DNA from: Octopus sinensis
Taxonomy: Eukaryota
NCBI RefSeq assembly: GCF_006345805.1
Contig: NC_043004.1
Coordinates: 90,272,001 to 90,336,000 of the forward strand
DNA: 64,000 nt
Direction: 5' to 3'
This document shows, piece by piece, positions 22,586 through 35,656 of the stretch; within the stretch, counting starts at the first letter, position 1, and every line of letters starts with the position of its first letter. The position numbers and the translations under genes are program-made. Below the pieces are notes generated by a model that ran no database searches, was not told where the DNA came from, and saw nothing but the letters and a program-made list of their open reading frames with translations.

Positions 22586-25397
22586 TATATATATATATAT
22601 GCATACACACACACACACACACATCATTGTCCATTGGTTGAGCTTGCTCAGGTTTATCTGATTCAGTTTTTCCATCTATTACAATACTGCATGACATTCA
22701 GGCACTTAGCAGGGAGACATGCTATCTCTATACCGAATTGTTTGCTGAAAGTTTTTGCAGGACAGCTGACCAGTGTCTATACAAGTATACAATTTTGATG
22801 ATATACTTGCTTAACTCTCAAGTAATGTCCAGTAAAATGCATGTTTATCTCCCTAAATAATGTACTAATCGCATGAAACCTGCCTAGTTAAATGCTTTAT
22901 CCATGTGACTGAGCTTTACATAGCAAAGCTTGCCCTACAAAAATTAGGTAAAAGTGAATAAGAACAAATTGAGGAGACCAGCTCCTTAAGGGACAAGCAT
23001 TACTGTTCATTCAGAGTTATTTAGCCTCTTTTTGTTTGCAACATGAAGGGACAGTGTTTAAATAAAGGGATTTACTTGATGCAGTCTTGAAAGGAAACAG
23101 CTATCTTGTAAAGAAGGATTTTTAACATAAGCACAAGGCCATAAATTTAGGTATAGAGGGTGTCAGAGTCAAGTCAATGAAATCCAGTGCTTGTCTGGAA
23201 CTTATTTTATTGACTGATTCCAGTTAGTGTTTCAATTCAAATATGAACACTTCGATATGAATAGCAGCACTCAAACATGACTACAACTCCATTGCTGGAA
23301 CGAGTAATATAAACAATAAAACTGTATGTGGGTGGTTTCAGGCATGTAGGCTCTGAAAGCTATCCAAATGGTTAATCTTATTCTGACAGCCTGCTTTCAT
23401 ATTTTCTCAGTTGCAGAAGGCAGTTCTGGATATTATTATGGAAACAAAATTTATTTAAGACCCCTACCACAACCACTTCAATTCCCAACACCATGACATA
23501 CACACACACACATACAAAATTTAATCCCCTCACCCCTCCTTCTCCACTTTCAAAAGCATCGTCTAATATATGTAAGTATAGACATGATTAATGCTACAAG
23601 AATTTGCCTCTGTACAATCTGTGCTAAATAGTTAAGTAAACATATGAAGAACCTTCTGCAGTGTCTAAGACATAAGTTTTTATTAAATTTAACCATTTCA
23701 ATTATATAACTTAAATTATATTACAAGTTTAATTACAGCGCAAGATTAAAAATATATCATAAAATATATATCAATTTTAATTGTACGACAATTTTAATAG
23801 TATAAGTCTTTTTAACAAAATAAATTTCCTATAGTATTATATGCAGAAAGGCACTGTGCCCATCACCTTTGAAAGCCCTCCAAAAATGCTTGTGTAATAC
23901 TGCTGAATCCTGGTTTGAGCATGAACTGCATACAAATGTAAGAGAGAAAAGGTGTTGCAGGGAGTGGCAATGTTTTAAAGTGGGGCAAGTAGGTGATATG
24001 CAGTGTAGGTAATGAAGGAAAGAGAAGTATTTCAAATGGGTCTGGTCAGTGGGTGGAGATGGAAAGCCATGAACTAATTTGAAGGTGCAGCAATTGTCAT
24101 AGTAGTAAAGATGCATGGGTATTCATTAGGATTAATGAACCTGTTAAATGAAGATGAATACCTTGAGAGCCACCCATTCCCTGGGGAGCAGATGGACATC
24201 ACCAGGATTATTGAGCTCAATGAAACATGAATGGAAGTTAACAACAGTGTTCAATTCTATACTGAACCAGTCATAGCCTGAAAGCTCAAGACTGTTAGGA
24301 TAAGGGTAAAGGGTATAGGTCCCCGTTGGTATTGAATGACCATGGGATTGCACCTAGAAAGTTACCCTCTGAGGCACAAGTCCAGGCAAGGTTGTTTATG
24401 GAAGACTAGTAGTTACCCAAGCATACCTGCCTTCCGTCTCCATGCCACTGATGTTATCCAAGGAAAAGGCAAAGGGGCCGACACAGCTTGGCACCAGTGT
24501 CAATGTAACTCATTTCTACAGCTGAGTGAACTGGAACAACATGAAATAAAATGTCTTGCTCAAGAACACAACACACAGCCTAGTCTAGGAATCAAACTCT
24601 CTACATCATGATTGTGAGCCTGACACTCCAACTACTGAGCCATGTACCTTCACCAAGACTGTTAGGAAGGGGTGTGGAAAATGTTGGTGAAAACAATTCA
24701 GGTGTTCCAATGGTAGAAATGCAAAGGAAATGACTTTGACTTGAGAGAGTCAGTAACAGATCAGAGCTGAAATATTTACAGGCCTTAAAGAGAAAGTCTA
24801 TTGATTTTGATATTACGTATGGGAAATTGCCAAGCCAGGAAGAACATCAAATAGTAATTTTAATTATTTAACAATTATATTACTGATGAAAAGTGAAGGT
24901 GTATGGCCTTGTGGTCAAGGTGTTTAGTGCATGGTCATAAGGTTACAGGCTTAATTCCTGCATGAGGCAGTATGTTATGTCTGTAACAAAGCATGCTGTT
25001 TTCACTTGCTCCAATCTATATGGCTTTAATGTCAGTCAGTTGGTGCAGCACACTTCTCCTCCAACTATCACATCTTGGATGTTTTTCTGGGTCAAGGATG
25101 AGGATACTGTGAGGATGACTATGTCTGCTCATGTCTATATAGGCACCTAAAATAATAAGCAAAAGCATGGTACGTGTTACAAAGCCATACTCACTCACAT
25201 GTAATGGTTGACTTTTTGTACTGAAGAAGTCAATAACTTTCCGGGCTGTGAGAGTTGTCTTCTCATATTTTGTTAAATGATGAATCAAGAAATATTTTTC
25301 ATCTCTGTTTATTGTCTGTCAGCTGTGATATTTGATATGTCCAACTGTATGTGTTCTGGCTGCAACTGGTCTTTAGATCATAGTTTTCAACATTTTT

Positions 25398-25633
25398 AAA
25401 GAACCCTTACTCAAGGACCTTTTCAGTGGGATGGGCTACTCGACCTGAAGAAGTTTCTAACTGGGCCCCACCTGCAAGGTCATGTGCTATTTATCTTGAT
25501 ATGAGATCCCCATGTCACGCCCGTATGGTTGTGACACACGTGCCTGGTCTACCCTTATCAGACAGGTAGCCATGATGGGTATACTGGGCTTTGTATATTT
25601 TACCCCAGTGTCACTTTGATGGCATGCACTGCT
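25398..25633 (-). repeat. unclassified GC-richer interspersed repeat (family G)
   Basis: Highly similar inverted copy within 29521..29950. Confidence 0.8.
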
Positions 25634-26243
25634 CTGTGGTTTAGTAGATAACTAATGCTTGAACCCAACAAATCAATGTTTGTGAATTCAATTATAGCAG
25701 GACTGTGAGTACAGATATACATGTTAAATACATTACTTAGCAATGGATGGAAATCAAACAAAACGAAACAATTATTATTGTTGTTTAACCTAAGGACCGC
25801 AATTTACTTTCACAAGACATTGATTGGCCCAAAGCTACCATTGAAGACAATTGCCCAAAGTACCACACTGTGATATAGAATGCAGGACAAAGTAGTTACA
25901 AAGTGAGTTCAGCCTTCAGAAGGATGAAAGGGAAATTTGATCTTGATGAGATTTGAACTGAAAATAATGATTTCTAACAGAGGTGCACACTGCCACATAT
26001 TATCAACTCAGTCTGACTTCATGGCAATATGGACAACACTCTTCTACTACAGAATTGGGCCAACTAATACCTTGTAAGTGAATTTGGTTGATGGAAACTG
26101 TGCAGAAGCTGCTCACATATATATATATATGTGTGTGCATATACATATATACATATACATATCGTCATCATCATCATAAATATATATGTGTGTGTGTGTA
26201 TGTGTGTGTGTGTGAGTGTATGTATGAGTGTATGTATACAGCA

Positions 26244-26281
<38 letters not shown>

Positions 26282-26297
26282 ATGTATATTATATATA

Positions 26298-26340
<43 letters not shown>

Positions 26341-26343
26341 ATG

Positions 26344-26379
<36 letters not shown>

Positions 26380-26787
26380 TGTAATGTATATTATATAATA
26401 TATATATATATAAGCTTACTTGGAGAACAGAAAATAAACGAAATGACACAAAACAACGCGAGGGCGCTCAGTCATGCAATAAATTAATAAATAAAATATA
26501 TGCATACATACATATATGTACGTACCTACATCTACATGTATATATACATGCATATATAAATATATATATGTGAGTACAGGACACCACAAATAGACGTAAA
26601 ACTCAATGAGAAACGAAAACGTAAAAACAAACATGGAAATGGACTTTTTTTAACAACGAAAATACAGAGTACAAGACAAACAATACAAGGAAAATTCCCC
26701 TTTATCAGCTGTCCCTAGTTTGACTCCATGCGTGTTTCGAAGGTAAGGACAGAACACGACTCATCGAACTAGCCCATCCTGCGAAAG

Positions 26788-26870
<83 letters not shown>

Positions 26871-27939
26871 GGTGTATATGAGTGTGTGTGTGAGTGTGTA
26901 TGTATGTGTATGTATACATCATATATATATATATACATATATATATGGGGTGTATATGTGTGTGTGTGTGCTTAATTCTCACTGCTTGACAATCAACATT
27001 AGTTTATTTATATCCACATAACTTAAAGTTTTGGTAAAAAGAGACCAATAGAATGAGTACCAGACTTGAATAAAGTCTGTGGTCAATTCAATGGACTAAA
27101 GTTTTCAAAGCAGTGCTTTCAGATGGCCACACTCCAATGACTGAAACAAGTAAAAGTGTAAAATAACATTGTATTTGTAATAATTGAAAAAGAATAAATT
27201 AAACTGAATTTGAATTTAATTAAAATAAAATAAAATTTAATTAGAATTGAATTACAAAATCAAATCAAAATTGTTGTCTTTTATACATTTCTCTCGGACC
27301 ATTTTGCTATCATCATTCCACATTTTCTGTCTTCGTTTCAAACAACACTTAGGATTTATTGTATTGTTTATAAGAGTTATCTTTGCCAATAATAATTAAG
27401 CCTAACACAGACACAAATTCACAAATTTAGTGGAGGAGGGTATATAATTGATTATTCTTTTTGCTATCATACTTCTATTGAAACACGCTGCTTTTTCTTT
27501 ACAAATAATGATGAATTTATTAAAATAACTTTGTATTGTTAAGCCGGTGTTTGGAACATAATTTGACATGAGATTTTGAGGGAGGGTTTTAATTTATGGT
27601 TACTTTAGCCTTTAGCAATGAAACTGGCCATATATGGCCTTAATAGTTTACTGGTTTTATGTTCAAACAAGCCATATCCAGTATCTCATATCTACCCTGC
27701 AATGTCATTCTGAAAATAAACAATCATTTCATTGAAATCTCTAAGCAACAAGATACTAAATGATTAATTTTTAAAAATGTGGATAAATAAGCATTTCATT
27801 TCACAAAGTAATCTGAATGCTAAAAGGTTAAAAGAAGTTTGTATTATAGAACCAAGGAAAGTCTTGGATAAGTTGGTATCAAAAGGGTTAAAATTACCCC
27901 AGTAAATAACTGGTACTTATATAAGTCTATGTGCCCTTT

Positions 27940-28990
27940 CCTCTTTATGGCCCTTTTACAGTTCACATGTGTATGAACAGCCATGGGCAGTGAAACATGG
28001 GCAGTAACTGTTAAGGACATGCGTAAACTTGCAAAGAATGAAGCCAGTATGCTCCTCTGGATGTGTAATGTCAGTGTGCATACATGACAGAGTGCAAGTG
28101 CCCTGAAAGGAAAGTTGGATTTAAGAAGCATCAGATGTGATGCACAAGAGAGACGACTGCACTTAGATGGTCATGTGTTACGAATGAATGAGGACGCTGT
28201 GTGAAAAAGTGTCACACCTTAGCAGTTAAGGGAATCTGTAGAAGAGATAGACCCAGGAAGACCTGGGATGAGGTGGTGAAGCATGACTTTCGAACATTGG
28301 GCCTTACCAAGGCAATAACTAGTGACTGAGACCTTTGGAGATATGCTGTGCTTCAGAAGACCTTACAACCCAATTGAGACCATAGCTCATGGCCTATGCT
28401 AGTGGGTGTAACCAGCTCACTTATGAGTGCCCCTCATTCATTGGACAATAAACTTTGCTTGCAAAGACCTATTGAGGCAAGTGAAATCAAATCAAAATCG
28501 CTGACATAGCCGATGACAGTACTGCCCGATTGGCACTCGTGCCAGTGGAATGTTAAAAGCACATCCAAGTGTGATCATTGCCAGGGCCACAGATTGGCTC
28601 CCGTGCCAGTGGCACGTAAAAAGCACCATTTGAGCATGACTGTTGCCAGCGTTGCCTTACCAGCACATGTGCCGTTGGTACATGAAAAGCAACATTCAAG
28701 CGTGGGTGTTGCCAGTGCTGTTGAACTGGCTCCCGTACAGGTAGCATGTAAAAAAAAACTTTTGAGTGTGGTCATTGCCAGAACCACCTAACTGGCCCTC
28801 ATGCTGGTGGCATGTAAAAGCACCCACTATGCTCTTGGAGTGGTTGGCATTAGGAAGGGCATCCAGCTGTAGAAATTTTGCCAGATCAGATTGAGCCTGG
28901 TGCAGCCTTCTGGCTCACCAGTTCTCAGTCAAACCATTCAACCCATGCCAGCATGGAAAGCTGATGTTAAACGACGATGACGATGATGAT
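27940..28990 (+). mobile_element. RTE LINE 3' end: ORF C-terminus plus 3' UTR with tandem array
   Basis: GSETWAVTVKDMRKLAKNEASML, RPRKTWDEVVKHDFRTLGL, then ~60-bp units and the (GAT)n tail. Confidence 0.85.
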
Positions 28991-29181
28991 TTCTATTTTA
29001 TTTTTCTCTTATCCTATGTACTATACATGTACTTTTTGGTAATCAGAGCTATTTTTCTTTACTCAACTTATTTCTACTTTCTGTCCCATCTTTTACATTT
29101 TTTCTGACAAGTTGTGCACCTCAGCACTGTATACAATAATCATCATAATTATTATTATTGGAAAATCAGAAATCAGAAACA

Positions 29182-29240
<59 letters not shown>

Positions 29241-29462
29241 CATTATCATCATCATCATTATTAAGGTGGTGAGCAGGCAGAATCATTAGCATACTGGGTG
29301 AAATGTTCAGCAGTATTTTGTCTGGTCTTCATTCTGCTTTCAAATTCTGCATTTCATCCTTTCGGGGTTGATAAATTAAGTACAAGTGAAACACTGAAGT
29401 TGATGTGATCAACTAGTCCCCCTCCCCACCAAATTTCAAGCCTTGTGCTTTTAGTAGAAAGG

Positions 29463-29518
<56 letters not shown>

Positions 29519-29520
29519 GA

Positions 29521-29950
29521 TTGAGTGAGAGAGAAGTGCATGCCATCAAGGTGACACTGGGGTAAAATATACAAAGCCCAGTATACCCATCATGGCTACC
29601 TGTCTGATAAGGGTTGACCAGTCACATGTGTCACAACCATACGGGCGCGACATGGGGATCTCATATCAAGATAAACAGCACATGACCTTGCAGGTGGGGC
29701 CCAGTTAGAAACTTCTTCAGGTCGAGTAGCCCATCCCACTGAAAAGGTCCTTGAATAAGGGTTCTTTAAAAATGCTGAATGAAACACCCATGTTTCCAGA
29801 GGTGAATTATCCAAACCCCAAAGAATTCCTTTCAGCAGATGGCTATGATGCTCCCCACTACTTCTGCTCGTGATTAGAGATGCACATATCATCAGCCACC
29901 AAGGGACATGCTCAACTGGTCAAGCATGCTCAGCAAAATTTCACGTTTTG
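29521..29950 (+). repeat. family G repeat, longer copy, starting at an (ATT)n tract
   Basis: Matches 25398..25633 in reverse complement. Confidence 0.8.
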
Positions 29951-30708
29951 TGCCTTTAGTAGAAAGAATTATTATTATTATTGTGTAGGAGTCTCTATGG
30001 GAATTACTGGTGCTTACATTAGCCAATAAGGGAGCCACTTCAGCCAACAATGGAGCATCTTCATATGTGATCATCTGATCTGCTGGAAATGGCAGTCAAA
30101 TCACGCTCAAATCATCCCCTTCCATTTTTAAAAGGTGAAGATACATTGGATAATGCAGTCTTCAATATTCTATGATAGAAAAATATGTGAGAATGTCACT
30201 CCCTGAATACATTTGACTATAATTTTGATTAATCAGAACTGACCTTGGGCTACTAAACAACAAACTCTTCATTTTTCATCAACCTCAGAAGTATTAAAAG
30301 CAATGTTAATTCTGGTGAGATATGAATTCAGAACTGAAAGGGATGTAAACATACACCACAAGATGCTTTGTTTGAGGATCTACTGAGTCACTCTCAGAAT
30401 GAGTATTACAAAAATAAACCACAATGTGAAAAATCAACATAAATGCATGCAGAAAGATATCTTTTCTCTTTTAGAGCTTATAAATAGGGCAGACAATATC
30501 TCAGAGGAAGAAAGAGAGCTGAGAGGAAAAAAACAGAAGGGAGAGCTGAGAAATTAGTAGAATTAACTCCGTTGGTCTAATGAATATAATTAGAGTGTGT
30601 ACTCATAACCTGGAGAAGGATAGGTTCTAACAGACTTGACAAGGAGGATACTACATGAAAACCATTCATTCACTATTATTTGCTAATTATCCTCCCATTG
30701 TGTTTGCG

Positions 30709-30931
30709 TACTCTTTTACTCTTTTACTTGTTTCAGTCATTTGACTGTGGCCATGCTGGAGCACTGCCTTTAATCTAGCAACTCGACCCCGGGACTTATT
30801 CTTTTGTAAGCCCAGTACTTATTCTATTGGTCTCTTTTGCTGAACCGCTAAGTTACGGGGACATAAGCACACCAGCATCAGTTGTCAAGCAATGCTAGGG
30901 GGACAAACACAGACACACAAACACGCACACG

Positions 30932-30969
<38 letters not shown>

Positions 30970-31140
30970 CATATATACGACGGGCTTCTTTCAGTTTCCG
31001 TCTACCAAATCCACTCACAAGGCTTTGGTCGGCCCGAGGCTATAGTAGAAGACACTTGCCCAAGGTGCCACGCAGTGGGACTGAACCCGGAACCATGTGG
31101 TTGGTAAACAAATTACTTACCACACAGCCACTCCTGCGCC
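30709..31140 (-). mobile_element. SINE A, full length
   Basis: Complete reverse-complement copy. Confidence 0.9.
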
Positions 31141-31357
31141 TTGTATCTTTTATTTTATACTTGATTCAGTCATTAGACTGCAGCCACGCTGGGGCACTGC
31201 CTCAAAGAATTTTAGTTGAATGAATAGATCCCAGTACTTATTTTTTCTTTCAAGCTTGATCTCTTTTTCAGTTCTATATTTAAGAGATGAGGAATTATGT
31301 ACATTATTTACATTATTTACATTTTGACGGATATTTGTCCTCATCTTGTTTGTTGTT

Positions 31358-31403
31358 AACACAATGTTTCGGCTGATATACCCTCCAGCCTTCATCAGGT
31401 GTC
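31358..31403 (-). ncRNA. minimal Penelope-type hammerhead motif
   Basis: GACAC-CTGATGA-A-GGCTG-loop-CAGCC-GAAA-CA-T-T-GTGTT. Stem III is replaced by ACAT, interpreted as CpG-decayed ACGT. Confidence 0.65.
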
Positions 31404-31523
31404 TTGGGGAAATTTCAAATCTAGGTTCTCATTCCTAAGGTATTTTTCAATGTTGTTGGTATTATTATTATTATTATTATTGTTATTATTATTATTATCA
31501 TCATCATTATTATTGTTATTATT

Positions 31524-31559
<36 letters not shown>

Positions 31560-32188
31560 ATTGTTATTATTATTATTATTATATTATTATTATATTATTA
31601 TTATTATTATTGTTATTGTTATTATTCTATAAACATGACTACTTTTCTACCATTATACCAAAGCAATTCTTCAAATTTATCCTCCCATTTTAAAAGCTTT
31701 GTTGTTTGTTTACATCACATGAATTTAGAAACTTTGGGTTAATAAATTATTTTTAACTGTGGGTAAATCTAAAAATACTAGCATATAAATATTTGGTTAA
31801 AGAACCCTTTGGATGGAAAAAGTCAAAGTCTTAACATGGGACTTGAACCCACATGTGCAGACATGAAAGCTTGTCAGCCTTCAACTTTTTCTATTCAAGG
31901 AGTTCTTTATCCCAATAAATACAAGCTATTTTTTATAGTCTTATCTACTCCAAGTTCCACGTTTAAAAACGGTTTATTTTAGGCCTCTCAGACTTTCTAA
32001 ATTCTTATGGCATAAACAATATACAATTCTTACGAGCAAGAGTGAGATTGAGAAATGGATGGAGAACTTCAAAGGATTGCTTTGGTACAGTGGTAAAACG
32101 TCTGCCATGTTCACAGAAGATGTGAGTTTGAGTCTTGGAGGCAGTCTCCAGCTTTTTCATCACTGCAGTTCTTTAACTTGTTATTCTA

Positions 32189-33334
32189 TTGGGTTGTCCG
32201 GAAAGTTCATGCCAATTTATAGTAGTTTACCTTTCGATTTATTTTGAACACGATTGAGTCCATAAAATAAGATTTGACTACACCTCCATTTAGAGCACAG
32301 TTTAAGCTATCTTTTCATGGAAGAAGGTTTTTGTCCCTATAACCTGTGTTAATTCTGTAACCCTTTAAAATGGAAGATAAGAAAGTTCATTTTCGGCACT
32401 CGATGCTTTTCTTTTTCCATAAAGGGAAAAATGCTTCACAAGCAGCCAAAGAAATATACGCAGTTTACGGTGATGTTTCTTTATCTTATTGATCTGTACG
32501 GAAGTGGTTCGCAAGGTTCCAAGCTGGAGATTGTAGCCTTATTGATAAAGAGCAATCAGGCAGACCATCCACTACATATGATGACCAAATCAAGTCATTA
32601 ATTGAGAATAATCCACATTGCACTACCCAAGAATTGGCAGAAAGCCTCAACCTATCAAAATCCATCGTTCATGAGCACCTGGTAAAGCTTGGGTACACAA
32701 ATCACTACGATGTTTGGGTACCACATGGGCTGAGTGAGAAGAACCTTTTGGATCACATTTCCATCTGTGATTCACTTTATAAACGGAATGAAAACACGCC
32801 TTTTTTTAAAGCAAATTGTGACAGGTGATGAGAAATGGATTATCTACCGAAATGTTTAGAGAAAGCGATCCTGGAGTAAGCGATATGAGTCACCCTTAGC
32901 CACCCCAAAAGCAGGTCTTCACCCTAAAAAAGTCTTGCTTTGTGTCTGGTAGGATTGGAAAGGAATTCTGTACTATGAGCTTCTCCCAAGTAATCAGACA
33001 ATTAATTCTGAGAAATACTGCACAAAACAGGATGAGTTAAAAGCAGCAATTCAAAAGATATTGCTCCTTCGGATTTCCACTTTTATTCAGGTCTCTGCAG
33101 AATTGTCTTAATGGAAAAAATTTCAATTCCTTGGATGACGTAAAAAGATACCTTGAATTCTTTGCCATGAAACCTCCTCAATTCTCGGAAGAGAGTATTT
33201 TTAAGTTAAAGGAAAGATGGAGACACATTGTGCAACGAAATGGTTCATATTTGGTTGATTAAAAATGTAATGGCAAATATTTATTGACCTTTTTCTTTCC
33301 TTTAAAAATTGGCATGAACTTTCCAACAACCCAA
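32189..33334 (+). mobile_element. mariner DNA transposon, decayed and internally deleted
   Basis: TA TSDs (32187-88 and 33335-36). ~30-bp TIRs TTGGGTTGTCCGGAAAGTTCATGCCAATTT / AAATTGGCATGAACTTTCCAACAACCCAA. Confidence 0.95.
32370..33262 (+). pseudogene. mariner transposase pseudogene
   Basis: MEDKKVHFRH...VRKWFARF...SGRP...DVWVPHGL...IVTGDEKW...GLHPKKVLLCVW...DIAPSDFHLFRSL. Contains stops and a frameshift, and lacks the second catalytic-Asp (HDNARPH) segment. Confidence 0.92.
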
Positions 33335-34094
33335 TACTTCAAATTCCACTGACAAAAATGAGTCATCTATATTGCGAAGTGCAATAGCTGATGTGAAACC
33401 AATGGTAACTATTTAACCTGTTATATACCTTAACCAGGAATATATGACTTGACTATGTATGTCATTATTCAGTTTATTTCAAGATTTCTTGCCAATAGAG
33501 AATGAACTGTTTTCTAACCTAGATCCAAGGCTCCTTCACTGGAATTTCAACATCAACAACAGGTTATTTTTGTATGTATGTATATCAATGACTAAACCGG
33601 CAATCCCACCAAGCTTGCTTGGTGAGGAGGGTGTTTATTGGACACCCTGCGGGATGAAAAACAACCCGTCAAAGGGTGGAGGAACTCTTGAGAGTCAACA
33701 GCCATCCAATAAATGTCTTAAGGATGTATCATGCACGGGAACATAGAAATAATTGGACTGAATACCTGATCGCGTGGTTAAACCATTGGGAGTGAAGGAC
33801 TCCTAGCCTTTGTCAGGGCATCCTTGTAGGAGAAGGCAACTCAGGTAACTGGGATATCTCCGACATAAAACCTGCGGCTCAGTGGTTACCGATGATGTTG
33901 ACTTGTTCTTCTTTTTGGATTATGGCTGCTGTTGCTTAGTGAGTGGGATTGACTCAGTGCACAGCCTTTCCTCACTTTAAAAAAAAATCTTCTTGCACAG
34001 GCATTGCACGATAACAACATTGATTAAGCTTCGTGCAATGGCCATACTCGATAACGAGGGGTAGCCACCATGTATGTATGCATGTCACTATTCA

Positions 34095-34520
34095 TTTTTT
34101 TTTCAAGATTTCTTGCCAATAGAGAAAGAGCTGGTTTCTAACCTAGATTCATTACTCCTTCAGTGAAACTTTAGCATCAACAGAGTATTTTTGTATGTAT
34201 GCATATGTGCAAATTTTATATTTTGTTTTATGTGTGTATTCACATGCATATAGTTGCATATCTAGACATGATCATGTATACTTCAATAATAAGATTCTGG
34301 AAAGTTTTACAGATTTTTACACTTCCAGTGATGTCTTGGATCTCTAGTCTTTGAATCAACTTTCTCCTTTCTGGTTTTGAGAATCCTAATTTCTCAAGAT
34401 TGGTATTTTAGCAGTGTGTTACATTTCCCAGTGACCCAATAATTACAGGTATAAACCTGAACTTGTAATTTGGATAGAGTAGCTGTAGATTCCTCAAGAG
34501 TTCAGCATAGGTATTTTCTT
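34095..34520 (-). mobile_element. RLE-type LINE 3' end and 3' UTR (partial UTR copy at ~33465..33580)
   Basis: YKFRFIPVIIGSLGNV...LEKLGFS...GSVKICKTF. The UTR segment TTCAAGATTTCTTGCCAATAGAGAA occurs twice. Confidence 0.65.
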
Positions 34521-34829
34521 TTTCATTGAACTATACACAGTTTCTTTTCTCTCTCTCAAATTACTATGTCAGGTATATTATGTTTACATTTTATTGTATG
34601 TATGTATGTATGTATGTATGTATGTATGTATGTATGTATGTATGTGTGTACATATGTATATATGTTCTCTTTCTCTTTTTAATTTAAAATATAATTTGAC
34701 TGGCCACCTACTTGGTAGCAAGGTTGTGAAGAAAAGCATCTTATTTTAATCATTATCGTTTAAATCTTAAGAAGATTTTGTTGGTTTTTATAGTCCCAGA
34801 TATCATGAATTAAGGACTTGTGCTCTCTC

Positions 34830-35240
34830 CCCTAGAGCCCAATTTCAGCCATACTTTGATCCAAACTGGTTTTGTATGGATCCTGTTGCTCCAATAATAA
34901 TAGTTATGAGGCTGAAAGTGTGTCCGGAGTAGTGGATTTTCAAACTCCTTATGAATGGTCCATAGATGTTCCCTTTCTCACATATTTTTCTAACCATACT
35001 GGTGTCTCGTAGACAGCTGATTTCCACAACAGAACATATAATTTCCTTCTGGTTTCACTCTCCAAAATCTGGTCAGTTGTGTTATAACTAAGTTCCACCA
35101 ATATTATTTTGAACTATCAGTCTCAATATATTCAACTTTGTCGGTAGGTGTTTTCTTTTTGTTATCTTGTTTGAGACTATTCTGGCCACTGCATCATGCC
35201 TCATGGGAAAATAATATCTAAAAAATGGTTCATTTACAGC
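34830..35240 (-). mobile_element. RLE-type LINE C-terminal fragment
   Basis: RHDAVARIV, WWNLVI and EISCLRD...EKGNIYGPFIRSL...IIIGATGSI. Confidence 0.65.
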
Positions 35241-35247
35241 TATTGCA

Positions 35248-35656
35248 GGCACAGGAGTGGCTGTGTGATAAGTAGCTTGCTTACCAACCACATGGTTCCG
35301 GGTTCAGTCCCACTGCGTGGCACCTTGGGCAAGTGTCTTCTACTATAGCCTTGGGCCGACCAAAGCCTTGTGAGTGGATTTGGTAGATGGAAACTGAAAG
35401 AAGCCTGTCATGTATATGTATATATATATGTGTGTTTGTGTGTCTGTGTTTATCCCCCCAACATCGCTTGACAACTGATGCTGGTGTGTTCATGTCCCCA
35501 TAACTTAGCAGTTCGGCAAAAGAGACAGATAGAATAAGTACTAGGCTTACAAATATAAGTCCCGGGGTCGAGTTGCTCAACTAAAGGCGGTGCTCCAGCA
35601 TGGCCGCAGTCAAATGACTGAAACAAGTAAAAGAGCAAAAGAGTAAGAGTAAAGAG
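35248..35656 (+). mobile_element. SINE A, full length
   Basis: Head AGGCACAGGAGTGGCTGTG to tail. Confidence 0.9.

Noticed and set aside
33585-33750. HDV-like ribozyme at a putative LINE 5' UTR (related copy at ~19275..19440)
   Set aside because: Only a GACTAAAC J4/2-like word is present. The upstream P1/P3 elements are absent in both copies.
35248-35330. tRNA gene calls for SINE heads
   Set aside because: A/B boxes are present, but the heads continue into SINE bodies and I could not fold a full cloverleaf.
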